A stretch of DNA of 64,000 nucleotides from Tubulanus polymorphus (Eukaryota; Animalia; Nemertea), in assembly GCF_964204645.1 (NCBI RefSeq), contig NC_134033.1, forward strand, positions 12,036,655-12,100,654, given 5' to 3'. The notes under the pieces were generated by a model, which was given only the letters and a program-made list of their open reading frames with translations, had not been told where the DNA came from and did no database searches. Positions 25,638 to 45,800 of this stretch are shown piece after piece. The translations under genes were made by a program, and so were the position numbers. Each line of letters opens with the position of its first letter. The first letter of the stretch is position 1.

Positions 25638-26535
25638 TCATGCGCTGATTGGTTCGGTTGGTATATATTTACGTTTACAGATGCATACTTTGCCGGCGAC
25701 TGCTGTTATTACGTACATGAAGTCTTCATAAATCACTGAAATGTATAAACGAAATCGCTCTAATTCTTCTGAATTTACATGAGAATCCATCCCATCATTC
25801 ATGCCCCTGACAAATCTTTTCAAAGTCATTGCACTTAAAAGTCATCTCTATTTTGATTGCCAATTTGCACGGGTAATTAGATTTACTAAGTCATTTGGAT
25901 AAGTCGTTGACATATAATGGTGGTCCTAACTACGAGGACATAAGAGACATAAGTGTCTTGTTTGAAGCGAGGTGATAATTCGAGTTAAGACTTCAATTTC
26001 AACTATTCTAAGATTAGATTGAAGGCTTCAGTGACAAACACTTCAATTCAGAGTCATGTTGAAGAAATATATATATATCTCTGAATACTGACCCGATAAT
26101 GATTTAAATGTATTTCTCTTGTCGGGCATCTGAATTTTACCAGCCTTTTGAATCAGACTCAGGAATATGTCGGCTTTAGCTTCATCATTTTCCAGTTCCC
26201 CGCCGGACTGAAATTGTATTAAGGAAAGATATTGTAATTGTCAGTCATAAGAGAAACATTTACAGCCAAAGTAAATGAACATTTTATTAAAAAAAAGTAA
26301 CTAAAACGTTAATGTAAAATCTAATGCATTTTCTTTGACAAAAATAAGTGGAACTTGCTGGGAGGTGTGATCCCAATGCAGGCACCCCCAAACGCACGGG
26401 ACAGGGGTATGGCTTGGACTTACAATAGCCTATTGCCATTAAAAAACTCACACTAAGAACAGCTCCATCTTCATTCAGAACCAAATAACCAAGAGCATCG
26501 GGTATCTTGTCGATTCCTTGAGCCACGGACGACAT
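25638..26535 (-). CDS. LAMTOR4: Ragulator subunit LAMTOR4, 98 aa; coding exons 26535-26452, 26207-26093, 25735-25638
   Basis: MSSVAQGIDKIPDALGYLVLNEDGAVLS/SGGELENDEAKA...FKSLS/VIYEDFMYVITAVAGKVCICKRK...EPISA aligns with LAMTOR4 ([31 protein letters not shown]). Intron phases 0 and 1 join in frame. A 5' UTR exon donor lies near 26699. Confidence 0.93.
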
Positions 26536-26699
26536 CTCAGACTCAACTGCCAAAATAAAATTTGATTTTCCTTTCTTTTATAGCTATTTAGTTGATTTCG
26601 ATTACAAAACGCCCTAAAATTTACGATTTAAAGATTGATTCATACTTCATACAGAACAGTAACTTTCGGCAACTTAGGCCGGCTTTAAAGAGAACTCAC

Positions 26700-26811
26700 T
26701 TCACGCGGATATCAGAGAGTACTTGGAGATGCTGTCAATCTATAATTCGGCTACAACTTATCATTGAATTGATTTCAATCGTTTCTTTCGATACTCAGCA
26801 ATAGCATCAAA
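26700..26811. promoter_or_regulatory. Bidirectional promoter region shared by LAMTOR4 (-) and ATG16L1 (+)
   Basis: The LAMTOR4 UTR-exon donor (26699) and the ATG16L1 ATG (26812) are only about 110 bp apart and divergent. The ATG sits in a YY1/TISU-like CAAAATGGCG context. Confidence 0.7.
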
Positions 26812-35696
<8,885 letters not shown>

Positions 35697-36121
35697 CAAC
35701 CGGCCGCTGCATAGTTAATTTAAATGTTACGTGTTTCGATAAAATGAACATCACGTGGACTTATTATCATCGAAAGCCACGGTCCGCACCACCGCCGAGA
35801 GTGAGGAGAGGAGGATATCGCTCGCGTCAAATCACTCGCGAAAATAGATGAAATTGATAATCGCCACCGAGTACCGGTATACGTCGTCGGTTGTGGTTTA
35901 TTTAAAAATGATACGATCATTCGCAAACTTCTTGTCGGGGGATTGTATGTAATGCAGTCAAAGTCTGTTTTAAAGTCAATGCAGATCTTAAGGAGTATGC
36001 CGACGATGTATTGGTTTTGTTTCTGATTTCACTATTTAGTGAGCGCTGGCATTAAGAAGGACGACTGCATTGTAACGGATTTTGACTGTACGGCCTGCTG
36101 TTCTACCAGTTAGTGCTGTAA

Positions 36122-36298
36122 TTGACCCACTCTGCATCTACGCCACAATGCGGTGTACAAATTGGTGATGAACTTTGCTAGTACACCGCAGTGCGGCATA
36201 GACGCTCCTTAATACAACGCACTGGGGTGGAATTATTCAATATTTTCAAATTATTTCCAGCACTAGAGAGTAACGATTACTGAGCACTGAAAAGGTAA
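36122..36298 (-). mobile_element. piggyBac-like MITE copy, internally deleted, downstream of the ATG16L1 stop
   Basis: Reverse-complement matches: TTTGCTAGTACACCGCAGTGCGG, TTTTCAAATTATTTCCAGCACTA, AGCACTGAAAAGG. Confidence 0.7.
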
Positions 36299-37012
36299 AA
36301 GTGACAGTAGCATTTTATGGAAATGTGTTAATTTTTGATAAACTTTTCGACTGAGATTTTAGCAACCAGGCTAAAATCGTGGACTACGTAATCTTAACAG
36401 TGACTGGTTTTACTGTGGAATTCACTACAACGAATTCAAAGGGCCAGTTGTTGCACAGTCAAAGCTTATGAAGGTGGGTACAGGGGGTGTGCACCCCCTC
36501 CCCCTGAAAATTTCCCTGAAATTTCACATAAAATTTAAAATATTGAATTGAGTCCTAAAAAAGTTTAAATTCATAAGCTCGTTCTCTGTATATCCAAAAT
36601 GACTTAATGTTTTCTGACAAGCTTTCTTTGGGGAGTCCTTTTAATTATACGATACGCCCTACTTTGGGGGTGCACCCCTCCCTGAATCAGACCCTAGATC
36701 CGCCCCTGTTCCATTTATAACTTAATTTGTGACTGCAACTTAGGCCAGTAGACCGCTAGTAAATCATAGTTCATTAATCTCGGATGAAACCTCTTATTTT
36801 GGGAAAAGATATTCGGTTAGTTGTAATATGTGAGATCGTCTTAACGAGAGGGTTGTGACGTAACCAAATTTTGCTTACGGACCCGGTTTGGACCCGGTAC
36901 CGCCGTTAGGACTTAAGAACCGAACTGATTCTGAAATTGATATTTTCATCGTTAAGTGCACGAGAAATTTCCTCATCCTCATAAACTGTGATGCATTCCT
37001 TCTTAATTGCTT

Positions 37013-37174
37013 CAGTGGAACCTCGTTTCACTGAACTTCAGGGCACTGAAAAATCTGTTCGTTATAAACCGTTTGTTGTATCTAGTAGGAAGTTATTGAA
37101 ATTATCCTGTTCGTGACAAAATTCTAGGTTTGTTATAACCAATAAATCGTTCACATCCTAATGAGGTTCCGCTG
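37013..37174. mobile_element. Tc1/mariner/pogo-type MITE-like element
   Basis: CAGTGGAACCTC ... GAGGTTCCGCTG inverted ends. Confidence 0.5.
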
Positions 37175-38178
37175 TGCTAGGAAAAATAGCTGTCTGCTAC
37201 GAACTGTTATGAATAATTAAAGTGTTTGTTAGATATTTATTCGATATTTATTTACGAATCATCATTTAAATGCTATGTATTTAGTTATTCCTAATGAAAT
37301 ACGCTTACGCTTTAGGAAAATCTACGTATATTTGTAAAAAGTGACCGGCAACTTCAGTTCCAAGTGTAAATTAATGTTTTAATTTTCATTATGAGATTAC
37401 TGATGAATATTCATGATGACGTGTTGTGAATGATTCGCATATTAATTAACTGCCTGTAGAAGTACTTAACGAAAGCTATTAGCATAATTATAATTGATTT
37501 AATTATTAATCAATTTACAGCCTGGTAACATTGATTCAGATATTTACCTATTTTGGGTGTGATGTCTTTAAGTGACGATCAGGTTTTGAAAATGTGCTCC
37601 GATGGAATGTCTGATATCCGGTGTTTTTCGTTCATTTTCAACTCGAAATATCGCAGGTGAATTTCTGAACACAATCGACGAACAGTTTTTGAATGAGCGC
37701 TGATATTATGTCTAATGTCCGGTGTTTGTAGTTCATTTTCAATTAAAAATGAACTCTAAACTGGCATTGACATATGGGTAGCAGATTTATATCATTTGCT
37801 TTACGGTTTGAAATTCCTTATGTTTGGACTGGTTGTCATTTAAAGGTGACCAGTCCAAGTGCTGGGAGTGTAGTCAGTGTCTCAGAACATCCCATCAACT
37901 GGTAACTATTACGGCAGTATAAATGTATGATTTGTCCGAACTTTGTTTCGGTAAATTAATGATATGTATTTCATACTTACGTGCTCTGACATTGTGATTG
38001 AAATATAACGGATTATAATCCGTGGCTTACATACATTTAAATAATGATATTGTAAAATTATGTTTTATAAAACGATAAAAAGCAGCAGCAGTGTTTGAAT
38101 ATCAATCGTTTGTTCTAGTTATCAGAGTTTCCGTATCTTGGAATAGTCATAGTCGAGACTACTAAATGGCCCGAATCA

Positions 38179-38287
38179 GGACCCAGTTCCGCAGTTGTGA
38201 GTTAGAGTTAACTCTGAGTTAAAATTAGTTCATTTTGAATGAGTTAACTCTGAGTTAAATCTTAACTCAGAACTGTGGTACTGGACC
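38179..38287. mobile_element. Short palindromic MITE (GGACCCAGTTCC family), uninterrupted copy
   Basis: CCAGTTCCGCAGTTGTGAGTTA ... TAACTCAGAACTGTGGTACTGG inverted ends; homologous to the outer element at 19876-20092. Confidence 0.65.
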
Positions 38288-39660
38288 GCTATTGGTAAAC
38301 CCCAGTCTAGATTGTCAATACAAAACGGCGGCTTTTTGAATCGTAGTTACCGTATCTAGAGATGCCAGGCCCAGTATATATTTTAAAATCCTGCCTACGA
38401 CCCCTGTGTACACTGTCCACGGAAGAATGATAAAATAAGAGACTTTATTTGAGTTTCAACGTGATACGACAACAGCAACATCATTACAGACAATTCATAA
38501 TCACCAGAACATCGTGTGGTGAAAAAATCAAGAAACGAAATTCTTAATATGGACGTTCCTAGGTAAAGCTAGGAGTAACAAGGCATGAAGTTATAGCTAG
38601 GACTAATTTTTAACGTTTAAACATTGTTTACAGCTGTTTGAACTTCTTTAATTGTAATGGGTAAATCCATATCACGAGATGGCTGTCGTGAGACTGGTGG
38701 CCGCCGCAACCTGTCCGTCCAAATAATGTAATAGACCGATGAAGGGTTTGTGTTGGCGTGAGCTTCAGCGGGAGGCAATCAAACCCTCTCGAATCAAGGA
38801 TAGCCCTCTAACTACACTACTGTGGATTTGGATTTTGCAGTAATGTTAATAGATTAGTGCATTTAAACCCGTACAATATCTCAGACGAGCCCTGATTGAT
38901 TAAATACATATAATATTGACTTAAGATGATATAAGAAGTATAAAAGAACTCGGTAGTAATAACGGTTATATATGATTGTTAACGGACAATTTTAAGCAGA
39001 TTGTAGCCACGTACATATACAGACATCGTGCAGCCTTGCGGTTGTTTCCACGTCCGATGACGATGATGAATTCCGATGACGTATTGGCGGTCAATACAAT
39101 GAAAGAACCTCGGAATTTTGTAATCTGACCATACTCGTTTGGCAAATCACCATCGATAACGCTAGAGACGTTCCAACGTCACTGTCTTGTGCGCGATTGT
39201 TTAAAGGAAATGTAGTTGAATGGCGGTTCAGTGCCGCCGCAAACAATGGTTTATAGGTTAAGCTTTCTGGTCACTAGACCATGGAAAAACGGATCCCTTT
39301 TTCCGATATGAAAGTAGTGACGTTTTCAATATCTATAACATCACAAGTAAGCGATCCCTGATACATGCTCATTCCGAGCCGGGAAAGAGTCCTTCACTGT
39401 CCCGGTTCCACACAATCCAGACTTATATTCTGAGACCCATCTTCTTAAGTTCAACCATAGAATCAACGTTGAACCGGGTGAAATCTCGCGGAACTGGCCG
39501 TAGATCACAAGATTGATGCTTGGATGCGGTGACGGACGTTTGTGGTGGGGACGGAATTAAATGTGTTCTGAATCAATTCGAATTCACAATAACCTTTAAT
39601 TCATGAGAGTTTATAAAATGGACCGGATATCAACAAATACGTCTTCACAATTTGGCATCG

Positions 39661-39881
39661 CTATTTACTACTGCCGGAAAATCGTTTTTTCATATGTTTA
39701 AGGTTCGATTTGAGTAATTTGAAATCTCGAGCAATCGTCGCCAGATCGAGCAGAATTATCAAACACACCATTATCACGATCAAAGTGATGGCGACTGTAC
39801 CGATCGTTTCGCCGCTTGGAGCTTCAGTTTTCGGCGGGTCGTATTTCTGACCGGGGTTTTTCGCAAGCGGCTTTTCCTTTT
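39661..39881 (-). CDS. Terminal TM/cytoplasmic exon B of the CTL-CCP gene (paralog of exon A)
   Basis: Polypyrimidine/TTTCAG acceptor, phase 1; KKEKPLAKNPGQKYDPPKTEAPSGETIGTVAITLIVIMVCLIILLDLATIARDFKLLKSNLKHMKKRFSGSSK-stop; 221 nt. Minus-strand AATAAA at 38444-38449. Confidence 0.8.
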
Positions 39882-42800
39882 CTGAAAGCAAAAACAAATT
39901 TACATTCAAAATTTCATAAGTTATCCTTTACTATAGAAGTTATCTAAAAAAACATTTTTAAATGTAATATCCAAGTTAGAAATGGAAATGCAAGATCTCT
40001 TATTTTTGTAGGTATTGATAATTCAATTCTGTTGTGTCTCAATGTTTTTGTTTTGCTTAGTTTAAGATGAATTCTTAATGAAATGATATAGATTTCTTTA
40101 TAGAAAAATCAAGTCTTCGACATATTCTAATTTTACTTACTTGAAAGATACTGACTTACGTGTAAAATGTATATAATATTTGTTAGTATGTATTGCGTTC
40201 CCGTCGACAAACAGAAATTCAGGTTTAATGTTTCAGGTCGGGTTTGTATTTTCACGAAATCAACCCAAAAAGATTTATCAAATATTGCTGGAGAGCATAC
40301 AGTAGACTCTGCTCACCCTGGGCCCAGGGCCCAGTTTCACAAAAAGGATTAAGGCCTAAATCGATTTAAGAGTTAAACTTTTTTTGTGAAACTGGGCCCT
40401 GCTGGAGTTGATTGCCTCGGATACGCGCCCGCAGAGAATGTATTGGTGCCACGGAATCCGACGCAAGCGTTCTCATACGAGACCAACTATATTGGAATTA
40501 ACCTCTGTTGTTTCTGTGTGTCGACAAAAAACGTGTTTAATCACAGAAAAAACCGTCTAATGTTGTTAGTAAACATATTGTTGTTTACGGATAAGCTATG
40601 GGAATATACCATTAGTGCTCGTGTCTCTAAAAACCCTTACCCCACAAGGTTAAGCGGATTAAGAGGTTTCTTCCCTCGTTAGTTGTTAGTGAAAGAGAAG
40701 CAGCTTTTTGTTACGGGAGTAACATTGAAGGCCACCGCACACGACGCTTGGGAAATCAAAGATGTTCGATCACCGAATCAAAGATGTTCAATCTCGGAAA
40801 GATCGTTTTCCGAAACCCTGCTTATCGTTTCTTGCACAAGACAGGGAAACACGAGGAAACGTAATTCTGTCTCCTGTTTCCTTGTTTTCCGGCGTCGTGT
40901 GCGTCGGGCTTTAGAGTCTTCAATGTACAAAAATAGGACAATTTGTTAAACACACTGGAGATCTAAAAAAATGTTCGTCAAGTCAACCACTTTTCGAGAT
41001 TTATAGAATTATTGTTTTTGAAATGATATTATTTTGGTGTCATAGTCCTGAATCTGGAAAACCAGAGTTAACCAGTTTAATACTCACCATATACAAGATT
41101 TAAAAGATTAAAAGCGAATTTCATTAATCACAAATTGAAATCACAAAAGACCCGACATGAATTTAGAATCTTTAACATCTTGTATATAGTGGGTTTTAAA
41201 CTGATTATCTAATCTCCACGTCAGAATGTACGCGGGCTATTCTACCAGAATTAGTTATTTTCATAACAAAATGCATGAACGTAAGTTAATGGTTAATTTT
41301 GTTCTGTTTCTACATGTAGGAGTTTTCAGCTGTGTGCGGCCGCAAAGCGAACGAATAGAGGGGGAAGGGGACAACCATCACCGAAAACTAAAGGTCACCT
41401 CCACCTAATGAAAGTAACTATAAAGAAAATCTAAGGGCCGAGATATTTCAACATCACAAATCGATCGTGTCGAGAGAAATATGTTGTAGCCATCTGTGTT
41501 TGAAGCCAAGGCGGGTGTGATATGCGGGGAGGGGAGGTAGCTGGCCGAATGAATTCAAATTCAAAAGTTACCATTTCACCGAAGATATAATCATGAACAG
41601 AGATGCGTTTGAATTTGAATTCGTTCAGCCGACACATTTAAGAGAGCGCACAGTCATGACGTCATTGAACTCACGGCCAATCGGCTTACTGGGCGCGTTT
41701 CTGCGCGAGGCGTTTTATGTATCGAAGGTTATGGCGCAGGCGGCGGATATCTTTAGCAATTGTGGGCAGATCGAGTAGAATTATTACTAGCAAAAGCAGT
41801 AAACACAAAGCGAAAGACACAACGCCGATGTATTGGGCGTTGTCGGCTTCGCGTTCGGGCGGTTTGTATTTTTGGCCGTCGCGTTCCACCAAACTGGGCT
41901 TAATCTCTGAAACGGAATTCTTTAGAAAGTTAGACACTTTGTTCACAAATCTATTCTTCTCCACAGGGTTGGATCCAGAAGCCAGTTTTGAAAAACTTGT
42001 TACAGCCCAAAAGGGCACTTTGATGTCCAAAAAGGCAATATTAGGTTTAGTCCCGCACTGGAATGCAAAAATCATCTTTGAAAATGGAAACGAGCAGCCA
42101 AAATATTTGATGAACATGTCCATGTCTCACAGGTTCCTCTGGATCTACCTCTGCTCCCTATCATCAACGATTCATCAATATTTAATACAGTAATCATAAT
42201 TTCATCTCGCTGTCACGTAGAAGTAAATTTTCTCCGAGGCTATACGCGGAAAAAATGCTATATATTTATAAGTATTTGATGCGAATTGATCAAATGATAA
42301 CGATTTATATGGTTCCATGGTAAACCGTTACAAGTAAAGAGTTTACAAAACGATAAGGAATTGTAAAACGAAAACGTACTAGAACAAACTGGTAATTTCG
42401 AGCTCCAGTGCGCCTCGAGTGTACAGCGTATCTTTATCGAAGTTGAACTGTCTGGAAACTCGTAATTTTCGATGCAGGTGTACTCGATTTCGGTTTGGTA
42501 AACGGTGCTGTTAACATTGTCGGTCCATGTCATCAATTCCGGTAGTTCGCGTTTAGGGCAATGAAGAGCTGGAAAATGTAAAGAAGAAAAAAATCTTCAT
42601 ACAAACGCTTAGAACATGTTTAAAGGACGATCTTTGTCTTGATGTTTAAAGGATGATCTTTGTCTTGATGTTTAATGGATGATCTCTGTCTTGATGTTTA
42701 AAGGATGATCTGTGTCTCGATGTTTAGAAGACGATCTTTGTCTTGATGTTTAAAGGATGATCTCTGTGTTGATGTTTAAAGGATGATCTCTGTGTTGATG

Positions 42801-45800
42801 TTTAAAGGATGATCTCTGTTTTGATGTTTAAAGGATGATCTGTGTCTTGATGTTTAGAGGACGATCTTTGTCTTGATGTTTAAAGGATGATCTCTGTCTT
42901 GATGTTTAAAGGATGATCTCTGTCTTGATGTTTAAAGGATGATCTCTGTCTTGATGTTTAGAGGATGATCTTTGTCTCGATGTTTAGAAGACGATCTTTG
43001 GCTTGATATTTTAAGGATGACCTCTGTCTTGATGTTTAGAAGACGATCTTTGTCTTGATATTCAAAAGATAATCTCTGTACTGCTTTGATGTTTGCCTAA
43101 ATGGAAAGGCAGCCAGGAGTCCGAAAATACCACCAGATCCACCCCTGGTTTAAGACTACCATACATACTTACGTTCACAGGATTTCAGATTGTATAACGA
43201 CTCGTTCCAACGTCCGATGAAACGGTTCAATTGGTCGTCGATGCAGCCGATCCACTTACGTATATTTCCGTCCGGGAACATGTAACCCTCGATACACTGC
43301 GCCACTATAGAACCGCGATACGTCGTGCTATTAGCACTCAGCGTCGCGTTTTCGATCGGCGGGAAATTCGGACACGGTACGGCTACAAAATCAAAGCAAA
43401 TAGATGTGCGAACAAATTATTGAAAATAAAAAAGATCTCTCTAAAGGGCGTTTTCTTTCACTGATAACGGATAACGGATTTGATGGACTTGAAATAATTT
43501 GGGAGGGGAAGAAATTATAAGGTTATTTTTTTCTTAAAAAATTGAATTCATATTAATTAGTGATCGGGGTTGGGGAATTTGGAAAAAAGTTAAAAAATTA
43601 AATCCCTTTGAAGGTGGTTTTTGATAATGATACCCGTATATTGTCTATTTATTGCCTACACACATGAATGACGCCGTTAAGTCCTGATATTTACCGGTAC
43701 TAAACGAACCCAACAAATGTATAGTTGTACATTTGTTTGATGTAAAAAGATGACGTGGCAGTGGAAAAATGATAGATGTTTACATTTACTCCCATATCTA
43801 TGTTTAAAAAATGTGGGCGCGCCGGGAAAAAGAAATGTCAGAAGTGGGATTCGAACCCACGCCCACATTCGTGGACCAGAATACTCTAGCCTGTATGTCA
43901 GGCAAGGCTTGAACCTTGAGTCTGGCGCCTTAGACCGCTCGGCCATTCTGACTAATTGTTTAAAGTGAAATGTATATCTGATATCGATAGATACCAAACA
44001 TTCATTAAGACCATATGAATTTTGATAATAAATATTCATTATACACGCTGATGGCCAGTTTTACTTACTGGCATTGTATTAAGTGAATCGAGTTAACCCC
44101 GGGTTAAAGTTAATACCAGTTATAAACCGAGCCCTAGCTGAAAGTTCGTTGTAACGAGGTTTCACTGTACAGTTTTGGATACTTACGGTCGCATTGTCTG
44201 AGTTTCGGCGCCCAATAGCCGTCATCTCCACACGTAAGAATCTGTACAGTCTCGTTATCCCCGCTCAGATGGTAGCCCGGATTTATACACGTGTATTCGA
44301 TGGATGTTGGCCATTCCGTATTGGTGTCGTTCACGGTAGCATTGCCTAATATCACTACAGGCGGACAGTGAAGAGCTGCGAAAAAAAGAAACGACCAATA
44401 GACACTGGCACAGGGAAACACAGACAAACATGTTTGATTTCGGAAACATTGTTCTCGACACGATGTTTGTCGTTTCTCGTAAATGCACATGAGCCAGTGA
44501 AACGCTCCGAAACATGTTTGCTGTTTCCGTGTTTCCCTGCTACGCGTGCGTGCACGGTATTACATAAATCGCAGTGTTATTGTAGGCCGTAGTAGCAAGA
44601 AATGATTTTCCGAAATAGAAATTTAACATTCGTGACTTCAATCTAAACGACTTACGTTTGCAATCGCCTAATTCCGACTTGTTCGACCAAACGCCTTCTC
44701 TACCGATGAGATCGCAGGTCAGATTGAATCTTTCGCCGATATTCTCCTGGGGCTCTCTAGGGGGCGTGGTTGGTGGTTGTGTGGCGTTCACGGCCGTGGT
44801 CGTCGACGGAGCTAGTGTTGTCGTGGTGGTCGTGGTCGTAGTAGTCGGTTCCAGCCTCAACGCGGTGTAGTTGATGGGCTCGTAACCGGGTTTACATTTA
44901 TACGGTGTCGTCAGGTAAGTGTAATGTTTCGGCGTAGCCGGCTCGATTCGCCGAAAGTTGTCCGGAGCTAGAGGACATTGAATCGCTGAAAAAATAAAGC
45001 AGTGCGTTCGCTGTTAGAATTTATCGCGCCCATGCTCGAAGCTGCGTCAACGGAGACAATTTGGCCCGGATCAGACCCGAAATTTGGACCATACACCGCA
45101 AACCACTCACCATACTAAAACAATGCTGTGACACAGTGATTCACTTCCGGGGCCAGTTTCAATTCACACGCAACGATTATACCCATACTAGAATTTGGCT
45201 CGGGCCTGGTCCGACGTTTTTGGCTGGGCCAAGCAGGCACGGGCTCATTTGGCCCCAGTAACAACAGTCGGCCCGGACCAGAAACGTTCGTTTATGTCAA
45301 ATAGTTTATCAATAAGGTGGATGATGATTCAAATGGATGCTTGAGATCCTTGTTCTAAACGGACTCGTAAAGAATACTGTCTCAGGCTATTATTAGTATC
45401 ACATATTACCAACCTCGGTGCTCGCAGAGCGGGGTTTTTTTCAGAGCGCAGTCGTCCATTTTCCATTGGTTTTCTGAGAGGTATCTTTGATTGAAATTCA
45501 GAATATTTTTGGTCATAGATAAGCACTGATGTGTCGGGGAGTTACCGGTGATGGTGCCACGAGTCGCGTCCTCGTACCAAACCGTATACGACAACGACTT
45601 ATTATTCAGCCAAACAATATCCCCCTCTACAAAAAACAAATGTATTGTATATTACGTTCAAGATGTGGCCGGCTTTATCGATTTAATCAACAAATTTGCA
45701 ATAGTTTATACATTTGAGTGTTACAAACTTTTGAAACTGATATCTAAACTCTTCTAATGAATATTCATGTCGCCCCCATTGAATTAAGAACGCCTGTACC

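Noticed and set aside
41907-42123. N-terminal extension of the 145-aa ORF, suggesting a stand-alone TM gene
   Set aside because: Homology to exon B starts exactly at the acceptor at 41906; the upstream part is best read as open intron.
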